Assembly (NCBI GenBank): GCA_030606805.1
Contig: JAUWFS010000002.1
Span: 1-48,146 of the forward strand
Length of the DNA: 48,146 nucleotides
Source of the DNA: Deltaproteobacteria bacterium
GTDB taxonomy: Bacteria; Desulfobacterota; Desulfobacteria; Desulfobacterales; ETH-SRB1
Direction: 5' to 3'
Shown here: positions 26,943 through 33,537 of the stretch, piece after piece
How positions within the stretch are numbered: position 1 is the stretch's first letter
Layout of the letters: every line of letters begins with the position of its first letter
The notes under the pieces: model-generated
What the model was told of the DNA's origin: nothing
Databases searched by the model: none
Seen by the model: the letters and a program-made list of their open reading frames with translations, nothing else
Program-made: the position numbers and the translations under genes

Positions 26943-27053
26943 CAGGGTATATAAGAGGAAGGTCATAGCTCCGCCGCCATATCCGGGAAATATGGTCTTA
27001 TATACCCTGTTTTGATTTTAAAATATTTTTGTTTTTGAGTTCTATGACAACTC
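26943..27053 (-). ncRNA. Structured leader RNA, copy A (kissing-loop leader family)
   Basis: On the minus strand, HP1 is GAGUU[GUCAUAG]AACUC (27053..27037). A 27-nt A/U linker follows. The compound hairpin (27009..26943) has a 14-bp basal stem CAGGGUAUAUAAGA/UCUUAUAUACCCUG that encloses CCAUAU-UUCCCGG-AUAUGG and GGAG[CUAUGAC]CUUC. The two bracketed loops are exact complements. Confidence 0.6.
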
Positions 27054-27103
27054 ATAGGATTTGATAAAAACTACCTTTCACACTTTCCATATTATATCCA
27101 ACT

Positions 27104-27571
27104 CTACCTGTCAAGATTATTCACATAATCATCATAATAGCGCCTCAATATCAAATATGTAACCTTTTCAGCCGATTGCCTGTCCCACATCGGCCATATA
27201 TGGATATTCTGTTTAATCGAAAATGAGATCAAACTTCTGAACACAGCCTTGCTTGACATGTGTGACCTACTTGGTGGATTTGTAAAAATTCCAGCCAAAG
27301 AGGTTTCAATAACTAAACCAGCATAATTAAATTCACTCATTCGTATAATTTCTTTTTTGAATCGATCTCTATTTTTACCCATACTGGAAAAAAGGTCATT
27401 CTTTTCTTTTCTTTCTATTACGATACGATCAACAAAACCATCCAAACTGTAATCGCCAGTACTTAAACCAATAATTTTTGTTTTAGGCTTTGGGTTAATA
27501 TTTTCAAAAGTATATTTTTTTTGTTCTCTACTATCAATTAGAATACAAAATTCTGGAATATTTGTTGTCAT
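27104..27571 (-). CDS. ERCC4 (XPF/Mus81/Hef-type) nuclease domain protein
   Basis: 155 aa. The motifs IDSREQK...GDYS....IVIERKEKNDLFSS match the ERCC4 nuclease signature GDY...ERK..DL. Confidence 0.6.
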   Translation of the reverse strand: MTTNIPEFCILIDSREQKKYTFENINPKPKTKIIGLSTGDYSLDGFVDRIVIERKEKNDLFSSMGKNRDRFKKEIIRMSEFNYAGLVIETSLAGIFTNPPSRSHMSSKAVFRSLISFSIKQNIHIWPMWDRQSAEKVTYLILRRYYDDYVNNLDR

Positions 27572-28254
27572 AATGATAATGAAGGTTGGAAATGTTTTTC
27601 AAGTTTTGCGCCTTTAGATATATTTTTTACAAGAGGTAATAATTGTAAGTTTTTTAAAGCCCAACAGCGCTGAAAATCAATATCAGTATATGACTTAAAA
27701 TTGTGAACAGAAATTGGAATAATGTGGTCAATACTTAAGTCAGTTTTACCATTGATATAATCTTTCCAAGTATAACCTTTTGGAATGGTTTTTTTAAGAC
27801 GTTTAATTAGTCCATCAATGGTATAAGGAACAAGACTTTCCCAATGCTTACCATTTTTACCTTTACTATTTTTTAATGATTTGCTCATACTGCTACGCAT
27901 AATATTGTTTAATTTATAATTTGGTTTTAGTTTTTGCTTGGCATTCTCTTTTCTACTTATTTCTTTTGTCTTTACCGGATTAGCTTTTCTGCAAGTTTTA
28001 TGATAAGCTTTTATTTTTTCTGAATTAGTTTTATAATAAGCTCTACAATTTTTTTTAAATATTTCTATATTATTTTTATAACGAGCTTTTCTTTTTTCTA
28101 TGCTATGTTTAGTATAAACTTTACTCTCAACAATTCTACATATTTTACACCTACATCGTATTCCAAAACAATTATCTTTTCTTTTATGAAATTCTTTAAA
28201 TGATTTTCTTTTACCACACACATTGCATACCCTTGTCAATTCAATCAATTTCAT
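27568..28254 (-). CDS. HNH homing endonuclease (paralog 1)
   Basis: I start it at the ATG at 28254 (MKLIELTRVCNVCGK..), because the track start at 28311 lies inside the structured leader. It has an N-terminal Cys cluster, Y..xN.EK repeats and the C-terminal HNH motif DLSIDHIIPISVHN...NLQLLPLVKNISKG. The last ~100 aa are about 75% identical to the ORF at 29735..30568. Its stop overlaps the ERCC4 start as ATGA. Confidence 0.75.
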   Translation of the reverse strand: MKLIELTRVCNVCGKRKSFKEFHKRKDNCFGIRCRCKICRIVESKVYTKHSIEKRKARYKNNIEIFKKNCRAYYKTNSEKIKAYHKTCRKANPVKTKEISRKENAKQKLKPNYKLNNIMRSSMSKSLKNSKGKNGKHWESLVPYTIDGLIKRLKKTIPKGYTWKDYINGKTDLSIDHIIPISVHNFKSYTDIDFQRCWALKNLQLLPLVKNISKGAKLEKHFQPSLSL

Positions 28255-28272
28255 ATTACACACCTTAAACGC

Positions 28273-28379
28273 AAAAATAGCCCAAGATAAAGGGTATGCA
28301 GCCCCAACCATATCGAGAATATGGCCTGCCTTGAGCTATTTTTATTTTTAAAGTTTTGATTGAGAACCCTGCATGATTC
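28273..28379 (-). ncRNA. Structured leader RNA, copy B (kissing-loop leader family)
   Basis: On the minus strand, HP1 is GAAUC[AUGCAG]GGUUC (28379..28364). A 20-nt linker follows. The compound hairpin (28343..28273) has a 14-bp basal stem AAAAAUAGCUCAAG/CUUGGGCUAUUUUU that encloses CCAUAU-UCUCG-AUAUGG and GGGG[CUGCAUA]CCCU. AUGCAG and CUGCAU are complementary. Confidence 0.6.
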
Positions 28380-28405
28380 ATTAGATTTGTTTATCTTTCA
28401 TATTT

Positions 28406-28434
28406 TTAATATTCCATTTTACTTTAATTGTCAA
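28406..28434 (-). promoter_or_regulatory. Sigma70-like promoter of HNH cassette B
   Basis: The minus strand reads TTGACA (28434..28429)-17 nt-TATTAA (28411..28406), in the gap after the helicase stop. Confidence 0.5.
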
Positions 28435-28436
28435 CA

Positions 28437-29738
28437 TTAAAGATTATCTAATATTTTATCCTGTATCTTTTGGGATAAAAAGGTGCATCTATTATATACT
28501 TTTGTATTTTTAACAACCTGTCGAATAAATGATTTTTGACCTACCGAAATTAGTATTTTTATTGCTCGTGAGACAGTTGTATAAAGCATAGCTTTATTAT
28601 AATGGAATGTAAAAGCTGAATGAACCGGAAATATTACTACAGGAAAGCCTGACCCTTGTGCCCGATGGGTCGTGATCGAATAGCTGAGTTTTAAATTATG
28701 ATTCCACTTATTAACTAAAACCCTTCGCTTAGGGCTCTCAAATTCCACTATCATTTGTTTATTATTACCCTGTAAATCAATTATTTTTCCTTGATCACCA
28801 TTCAAAACTATTTGTTTGTTCCCGCTGTCAACGTCAATACTGTCATACAAATTCTTACAATTAATTACACAACTGCCAAGTCTAAAACTTATAGTATTGC
28901 CATTATTGTTTTTAATAATATTTTCTTCAGGCTGCTGATTAACAATATTTTGAATTGATTTATTAAGGGCATCACAACTCAATATTGTTTTTGAATTAAC
29001 AGGAGATAGAACCTGCACATCACCATTATTAACTTCATACCCGCGCTTAACCATATTTTCAGTAGCAAGCTTGACAATCGTATCATGTATCACCTGCGGA
29101 ACACTGCATTCAATATGGATGTAATTGCTATTAGTCTTTAAATCGATCTTTCTGTCAGGTGATTCAGGTAACATATACCTTCGATCATCTGTCCGGATAG
29201 CAGTACACATTCTTACAATTTCGCCACTATTACGAAAAATATCTGTAAGTTCCGTGCAGGGTATGCATTTACAAGAGATAAGGTCATATAAAATGTTTCC
29301 GGGGCTTATCGAAGGCAATTGATTTGAGTCTCCGATTAATAATACTTTAGTTTTGTCATGGTCAATTGCTGATAATAAACTTGCGGCTAAATCATTCCCA
29401 ACCATTGACATCTCATCTATTGCCAAAAACGTACAATCTAATTTATTGTCAGCATTATAAGAAAATTGGAATTGTAATTTTCCATTAATTTTGGTTGGGA
29501 TGGGACGAAGCATCCGATGGATGGTACTTGCCGGGTGGCCTGTCATTTTACTGAGGACGCTTGCAGCTTTCCCACTGGGAGAACATAGTAATATTGAATG
29601 TCCTTCTGACTTCATATAATCAACTATGGTTTTTGTGATAGTCGTTTTGCCACAACCAGGACCACCGGTAAGGATAGATAACTTATTTTTTTTAACCATT
29701 TCCAATGCATCAAGCTGTTTGTTAGTGAGTTTTATCAT
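28437..29738 (-). CDS. RecD2/Dda-like SF1B helicase core (C-terminal part of a split RecD2-like gene)
   Basis: 433 aa. It has a Walker A ILTGGPGCGKTT, a Walker B FLAIDEMSMV, the motif LLIGDSNQLPS, and C-terminal ITTHRAQGSGFPVVIF...YTTVSRA (AAA_30 + UvrD_C_2 type). Confidence 0.85.
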   Translation of the reverse strand: MIKLTNKQLDALEMVKKNKLSILTGGPGCGKTTITKTIVDYMKSEGHSILLCSPSGKAASVLSKMTGHPASTIHRMLRPIPTKINGKLQFQFSYNADNKLDCTFLAIDEMSMVGNDLAASLLSAIDHDKTKVLLIGDSNQLPSISPGNILYDLISCKCIPCTELTDIFRNSGEIVRMCTAIRTDDRRYMLPESPDRKIDLKTNSNYIHIECSVPQVIHDTIVKLATENMVKRGYEVNNGDVQVLSPVNSKTILSCDALNKSIQNIVNQQPEENIIKNNNGNTISFRLGSCVINCKNLYDSIDVDSGNKQIVLNGDQGKIIDLQGNNKQMIVEFESPKRRVLVNKWNHNLKLSYSITTHRAQGSGFPVVIFPVHSAFTFHYNKAMLYTTVSRAIKILISVGQKSFIRQVVKNTKVYNRCTFLSQKIQDKILDNL

Positions 29739-30568
29739 AATAGTAGTGAAGGCTGAAAAGGTTTAATTAACTTAGCACCTTTTGACATATTTTTTAAAGC
29801 AGGCAATAGTTGAAGATTTTTTAAAGCCCAACATCGCTGAAAATCTGTGTCGGTATATGATTTGAAGTTATGAACTGCAATCAGAATTTTGTGATCAATT
29901 TGAAGATCGGTTTTACCATTAATATAATCATCCCACGTGTAGCCAGGCGGAAGTGTTTTCTTTAAATGTTTGATTAAATCGTCTAAGGTATAAGAAACAA
30001 GATTTTCCCAATGATAACCATTTTTACTATTTTTTAATGATTTACGAATAGAGTTTGACACAATTTGACTTAATTTAAATTTAGGGTTTATTCTACGCTT
30101 ATTCTTCATGTAAGCAGATATTTTTCCTTTATTTGCTTTATGATAAGCCTTTATCTTTTTCTTGTTTGCTTCACGATAAGCTTCTTGATATACGACTAAT
30201 TTTTCTTTATTGAATTCATAATAATTTTTATTATAAGTAGTTCTTTTTTCTTTATTTATTTCATAATAAGTCTTTTGATATACAACTAATTTTTCTTTGT
30301 TTGTTTTACGATAAATATCCATATAGGTGAATATTTTTTCTTTGTTTGTTTCACGATAAAACTTTTTACGAATAGCTATCTTTTTCTTGTTTGCTTCACG
30401 ATAAACCCTACCATGATCAACTATTTTTTTCTTATTTGATTTTTGATAAGCTTTTATTTTTTCCTTATTTTTTTTGTAGTAAACCTCTTTTTTGGTAGCT
30501 AATTTTTCTTTATTTACTTCTCGATATATCTTTTGATAAGCAGCTTCTTTTTCTTTTGTCCATGACAT
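29735..30568 (-). CDS. HNH homing endonuclease (paralog 2) with ~13 tandem 11-aa Y..xNKEKI repeats
   Basis: 277 aa. The repeats are (A/V)Y(Q/R)KxNKEKIxx. The C-terminus is DLQIDHKILIAVHN...NLQLLPALKNMSKG. Its stop overlaps the helicase start as ATGA. Confidence 0.75.
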   Translation of the reverse strand: MSWTKEKEAAYQKIYREVNKEKLATKKEVYYKKNKEKIKAYQKSNKKKIVDHGRVYREANKKKIAIRKKFYRETNKEKIFTYMDIYRKTNKEKLVVYQKTYYEINKEKRTTYNKNYYEFNKEKLVVYQEAYREANKKKIKAYHKANKGKISAYMKNKRRINPKFKLSQIVSNSIRKSLKNSKNGYHWENLVSYTLDDLIKHLKKTLPPGYTWDDYINGKTDLQIDHKILIAVHNFKSYTDTDFQRCWALKNLQLLPALKNMSKGAKLIKPFQPSLLL

Positions 30569-30591
30569 AATATTAACCCTTTAAAACAACA

Positions 30592-30702
30592 ATAGGATAT
30601 ACCAAAACGGAGGTCGCAGCTCCTAAACCACACGGGGAGTGAAGTTCTTTGATATACCCTATTCTAATTTTAAATTGATTTTTTTGAACTCTGCGACAGT
30701 TC
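30592..30702 (-). ncRNA. Structured leader RNA, copy C (kissing-loop leader family)
   Basis: On the minus strand, HP1 is GAACU[GUCGCAG]AGUUC (30702..30686). A 23-nt A/U linker follows. The compound hairpin (30662..30592) has a 16-bp basal stem AUAGGGUAUAUCAAAG/UUUUGGUAUAUCCUAU that encloses GGAG[CUGCGAC]CUCC. The two bracketed loops are exact complements. Confidence 0.6.
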
Positions 30703-30726
30703 ATAAGAATTTATCCTTTTCATTAT

Positions 30727-30755
30727 TTTATAATCATAATTGAAATATATGTCAA
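30727..30755 (-). promoter_or_regulatory. Sigma70-like promoter of HNH cassette C
   Basis: The minus strand reads TTGACA (30755..30750, overlapping the RecD-N stop)-17 nt-TATAAA (30732..30727). Confidence 0.5.
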
Positions 30756-31645
30756 GATAAAAATTTAACTATACAATTTGCAATTAAGGACTCATCTTTT
30801 GCAAATTGGGTGAGTGTTAAAAAATCGTTATCCTTAACTAAAATTTCTAACTCAACAAGTTGAATAAGTGCATTTAAAACATCAGCCAGCTTTATCCCAT
30901 TTATTAAACCCAAAATGTTTTTAGTAATTACACTTGATTTTAACCAAACATCTCCAGTATCACCCATTATTTGCTTTATAATATATATTATTCCAAACTT
31001 GATGCGCTCTGGATTATTTAATTTTATGCCACATTCTATCGCAATTTTATCCGCTGATAAAAATCCAATTCGGTTTATTTCAGTTAAAATATATGGTGTA
31101 TTTTTAACGATCTCGTAAGCGGTTAGGCCATACAGGGCCACCAAATTTTGGGATAAATTACGAGGCAAACCTTTGACTCTTGAGAACAACCCTTCTAATT
31201 TAATAAGCAATTCTTGCCGCTTGTCGCCTTCTTGTAGCTGTTCACTGATTTCAAGCGCAAGTTTGTATGATATCCCTTTATTTTCATTCGTAATACGCTC
31301 TGGCGCCTTCTTGAGGATCCGAATTGTATGCTTTCCGTATTTCTCAATCAGCATATCAGCCAAAACCGGCCCGATGCCATTAACATGCTTTTCAAGATAA
31401 ATAGCGATTGAATCAGCGGCAACTGGTTCTTTAACGCAATAACTATCAATTTTAAATTGCTTCCCGTATTTTGCGTGTTCCGTCCAATCACCTGACATTT
31501 CGTATGTAATGCCTGCGGCTGGATTGAATAAGTCGCCGGTTGCGATAAATTCAAGGCCGGTTTCAGGTTGGAAAGCAACTATGGTGAAGTCGTTTTCGAG
31601 GGACCGCCATATAACTTTTTTTAGCCTTGCTGTGATGTCAGGCAT
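30752..31645 (-). CDS. RecD2-like helicase N-terminal (helix-hairpin-helix) domain protein
   Basis: 297 aa. The segment ..FIATGDL....G..YEMSGDWTEHAKYGKQFKI......P.....IAIYLEKHVNGIGPVLADMLIEKYGKHTI.IL...PE.. matches the N-terminal OB/HHH region of RecD2 (YrrC-type) helicases. It ends where the AAA_30 domain would normally begin. Confidence 0.6.
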   Translation of the reverse strand: MPDITARLKKVIWRSLENDFTIVAFQPETGLEFIATGDLFNPAAGITYEMSGDWTEHAKYGKQFKIDSYCVKEPVAADSIAIYLEKHVNGIGPVLADMLIEKYGKHTIRILKKAPERITNENKGISYKLALEISEQLQEGDKRQELLIKLEGLFSRVKGLPRNLSQNLVALYGLTAYEIVKNTPYILTEINRIGFLSADKIAIECGIKLNNPERIKFGIIYIIKQIMGDTGDVWLKSSVITKNILGLINGIKLADVLNALIQLVELEILVKDNDFLTLTQFAKDESLIANCIVKFLS

Positions 31646-32134
31646 TCAATTTCCTTTTATAAAAGTCATCCAATGTGTTGTCTTTTTATGGTTTGTTGTA
31701 TGTCCAAACAATGGTTTTTCCGGTGTAAGAGCAAGAACTTTTGACAATTTAATATCAGTTTCATTCCATTTGAAAATAAGTATTCCGTTTGGTTTTAAAA
31801 CTCTAAAACATTCTTCAAATCCTCCGTGCAAATCTGATTCCCAATCAGGGAAAAGCCTTCCATACCTTTTTGCCATCCAAGCATTTTTGCCCAATGAATT
31901 CATATGTGGCGGATCAAAACAAACTAAATGAAAAGTGTTATCTTTAAATGGTAAAGCGACAAAATTACATATAATATTTGGTTTAATAACCCAAGGTTTT
32001 CTTCCAGGCAATGAAGATTCAAAGGTTTCCATTCTTTTATCTACATATAATACTAATGGATTGTTTTTAACAAACCACATTGCCTGTGTACCACAAGTTG
32101 CATCAAGTATCCTTGGCTTCATAACATCAAACAT
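31646..32134 (-). CDS. Small SAM-dependent methyltransferase (DPPH motif), possibly a DNA methyltransferase
   Basis: 162 aa. It has a motif I-like ILDATCG, a motif IV-like VCFDPPH, and LKPNGILIFKW. Confidence 0.45.
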   Translation of the reverse strand: MFDVMKPRILDATCGTQAMWFVKNNPLVLYVDKRMETFESSLPGRKPWVIKPNIICNFVALPFKDNTFHLVCFDPPHMNSLGKNAWMAKRYGRLFPDWESDLHGGFEECFRVLKPNGILIFKWNETDIKLSKVLALTPEKPLFGHTTNHKKTTHWMTFIKGN

Positions 32135-32865
32135 TCTATTTCCTCATCATAATTATCAACCTTAACTATCTTCCCGAATGATTCCCTCACATGCACAAGC
32201 GCCTTTCTATACCCCTTAAATTCAGGGTAGTATTTTTCATCAATCAACATTTTCTCATACAACCCAAGCTGCAACCCATATTTAACAACGTCACAATTTT
32301 TCAAATGTTCAATCGGTTCCAGCATATTCCCGAATGCACCTTCTTCATCAGTGATCTTATTATTAGTTTTCCAATCGATTATAATGCCTTGCTGCGCAGT
32401 ATCATCGGCCATTAATAAATCTATCTGACCGGCAATCTCCATGCTCGGAGAAAAGACAATTTGTTCAGCAGCAACCAATCTGAACCGCTCAAGCAACTTC
32501 GGAAATAATTTATTAACTTGTTTACCCATTCTCAATAATCTATATGTTTTTGGAAGCCAGCCCCAACATCCTTTGCCCGGCCATCGTTCACATAAGGCAT
32601 GTAATTCCGTCCCTTCCATTGATGATAGGGTTGCTTTTTCTTTCCATTGATATTGGATTTCATTAACAGATAAACCTACATACTTCGGTTTTTTCTTATC
32701 AACCATGCGTTGAGCCATTTTGAGAGCGTTAAAGGGGGGAGTGTAACTCTTAATAATAGTAGTTACAGAAGTAAGCAGATCACCCGTTTCTTTAATACGA
32801 TACGAATGATCTGCTTCCGTGAAGATGCAAGTTAAACCGTTATGAGTAGCTGTTTTATCCGGCAT
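32119..32865 (-). CDS. PD-(D/E)XK (RecB/Cas4-like) nuclease
   Basis: 248 aa with motifs GQIDLLM...IIDWKTN...LQLGLYEKM (D...D/ExK...QxxxY). Confidence 0.6.
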   Translation of the reverse strand: MPDKTATHNGLTCIFTEADHSYRIKETGDLLTSVTTIIKSYTPPFNALKMAQRMVDKKKPKYVGLSVNEIQYQWKEKATLSSMEGTELHALCERWPGKGCWGWLPKTYRLLRMGKQVNKLFPKLLERFRLVAAEQIVFSPSMEIAGQIDLLMADDTAQQGIIIDWKTNNKITDEEGAFGNMLEPIEHLKNCDVVKYGLQLGLYEKMLIDEKYYPEFKGYRKALVHVRESFGKIVKVDNYDEEIECLML

Positions 32866-33364
32866 GGTTATTACTATTTCTACGATTATTAGCTTGTACT
32901 TTTTTTGTAGCCCAAATACAATTTTCAGGTGAATAACCTTTTTCGTTGTTAACTCGTTCTAAAGTAAGTTCCGGCTTTGGTTTTAATCCCATATCTTCAA
33001 AAAAGTTTTCAAATTTTAACCAACGGTCACAGACTTTGATTCCCCGACCACCATAATATTTATAACCTGTATTGTTTATATTTAAACAACGTGCTTTCAT
33101 ATTTTGCCAAGTTGAATATTCAGAGGTGTGACACTTTCCATGAGTTGTAAAATTTTTTATAGTTGTTTCTCGGCGTAAACAACCACATGATTTTAAAAGT
33201 CCTCGGCGAAATCCCCTTTTTAATTCTTCTCCTTTTTTTATTAAATATTCACCACAACTACATCTCACCCACCAAAGTGATTGAGATTTTTTATCATTTC
33301 CGGCTTTTGCAATCACAGTTAATCTACCAAATTTTTGTCCTACTAATTGTAATGGTTTACTCAT
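32855..33364 (-). CDS. Conserved phage protein of unknown function (GRLTV ... YGGRGI motifs, Cys cluster)
   Basis: 169 aa. It has GQKFGRLTVI, CSCG...CGC, W.NMKARC and YYGGRGIKVCDRW. This motif set recurs in many phage genomes, but I cannot assign a function. Confidence 0.3.
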   Translation of the reverse strand: MSKPLQLVGQKFGRLTVIAKAGNDKKSQSLWWVRCSCGEYLIKKGEELKRGFRRGLLKSCGCLRRETTIKNFTTHGKCHTSEYSTWQNMKARCLNINNTGYKYYGGRGIKVCDRWLKFENFFEDMGLKPKPELTLERVNNEKGYSPENCIWATKKVQANNRRNSNNHAG

Positions 33365-33379
33365 TTTATATATACTCCT

Positions 33380-33454
33380 AAAAACAAAAAAACTTCCTGG
33401 AATATGGTCGGATACGACTCCGCTCTATCCTTACGGAATAGAGGTTCCAGGAAG
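33380..33454 (-). terminator. Terminator-like compound hairpin inside a 5' leader (leader D)
   Basis: On the minus strand, the 10-bp basal stem CUUCCUGGAA/UUCCAGGAAG (33454..33393) encloses two small hairpins (CUCUAUUCC-GUAA-GGAUAGAG and GUCG-UAUC-CGAC). It is followed by UUUUUUUGUUUUU, then the Shine-Dalgarno AGGAG and the ATG at 33364. Confidence 0.5.
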
Positions 33455-33507
33455 CTTTTCTATCTTGCAAGCTTAATTTATATTTCGTATTGTTTACCAT
33501 GTTTTTT

Positions 33508-33536
33508 TATATATATAAAACAATTTAAAAAGTCAA
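33508..33536 (-). promoter_or_regulatory. Sigma70-like promoter upstream of leader D
   Basis: The minus strand reads TTGACT (33536..33531)-17 nt-TATATA (33513..33508), starting right after the stop of the upstream ORF. Confidence 0.45.
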
Positions 33537-33537
33537 C

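Larger units (their letters stand above)
27568..28434 (-). mobile_element. Free-standing HNH cassette (promoter + structured leader + HNH ORF)
   Basis: The unit carries its own promoter and leader. It is paralogous to the cassette at 29735..30755 and is inserted exactly in front of the start codon of the next gene. Confidence 0.45.
29735..30755 (-). mobile_element. Free-standing HNH cassette (promoter + structured leader + HNH ORF) splitting the RecD2-like gene
   Basis: It lies between the RecD2 N-terminal-domain ORF and the helicase-core ORF and carries its own promoter. Confidence 0.45.

Noticed and set aside
26943-30702. The structured leaders could be HEARO / IscB omega-RNA-like elements, since they are associated with HNH genes.
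   Set aside because: The HNH proteins are small (about 230-277 aa) and show no RuvC motifs. The RNAs are about 110 nt and lie 5' of the ORF behind a promoter, and one copy is not next to any HNH gene. The architecture does not resemble what I recall of HEARO.
28255-30751. The HNH cassettes could be group I introns interrupting the helicase gene, with the structured regions as intron cores.
   Set aside because: I could not find P7/P3-type conserved core sequences or a plausible P1 with a G-U splice site. Each cassette has its own sigma70-like promoter. Each HNH stop overlaps a proper ATG of the downstream ORF, and both flanking ORFs have independent stops and starts. I cannot exclude splicing without a covariance-model scan or RT-PCR.
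31509-31931. A 140-aa plus-strand ORF.
   Set aside because: It is antisense across the junction of the RecD-N and methyltransferase genes and has no signals.
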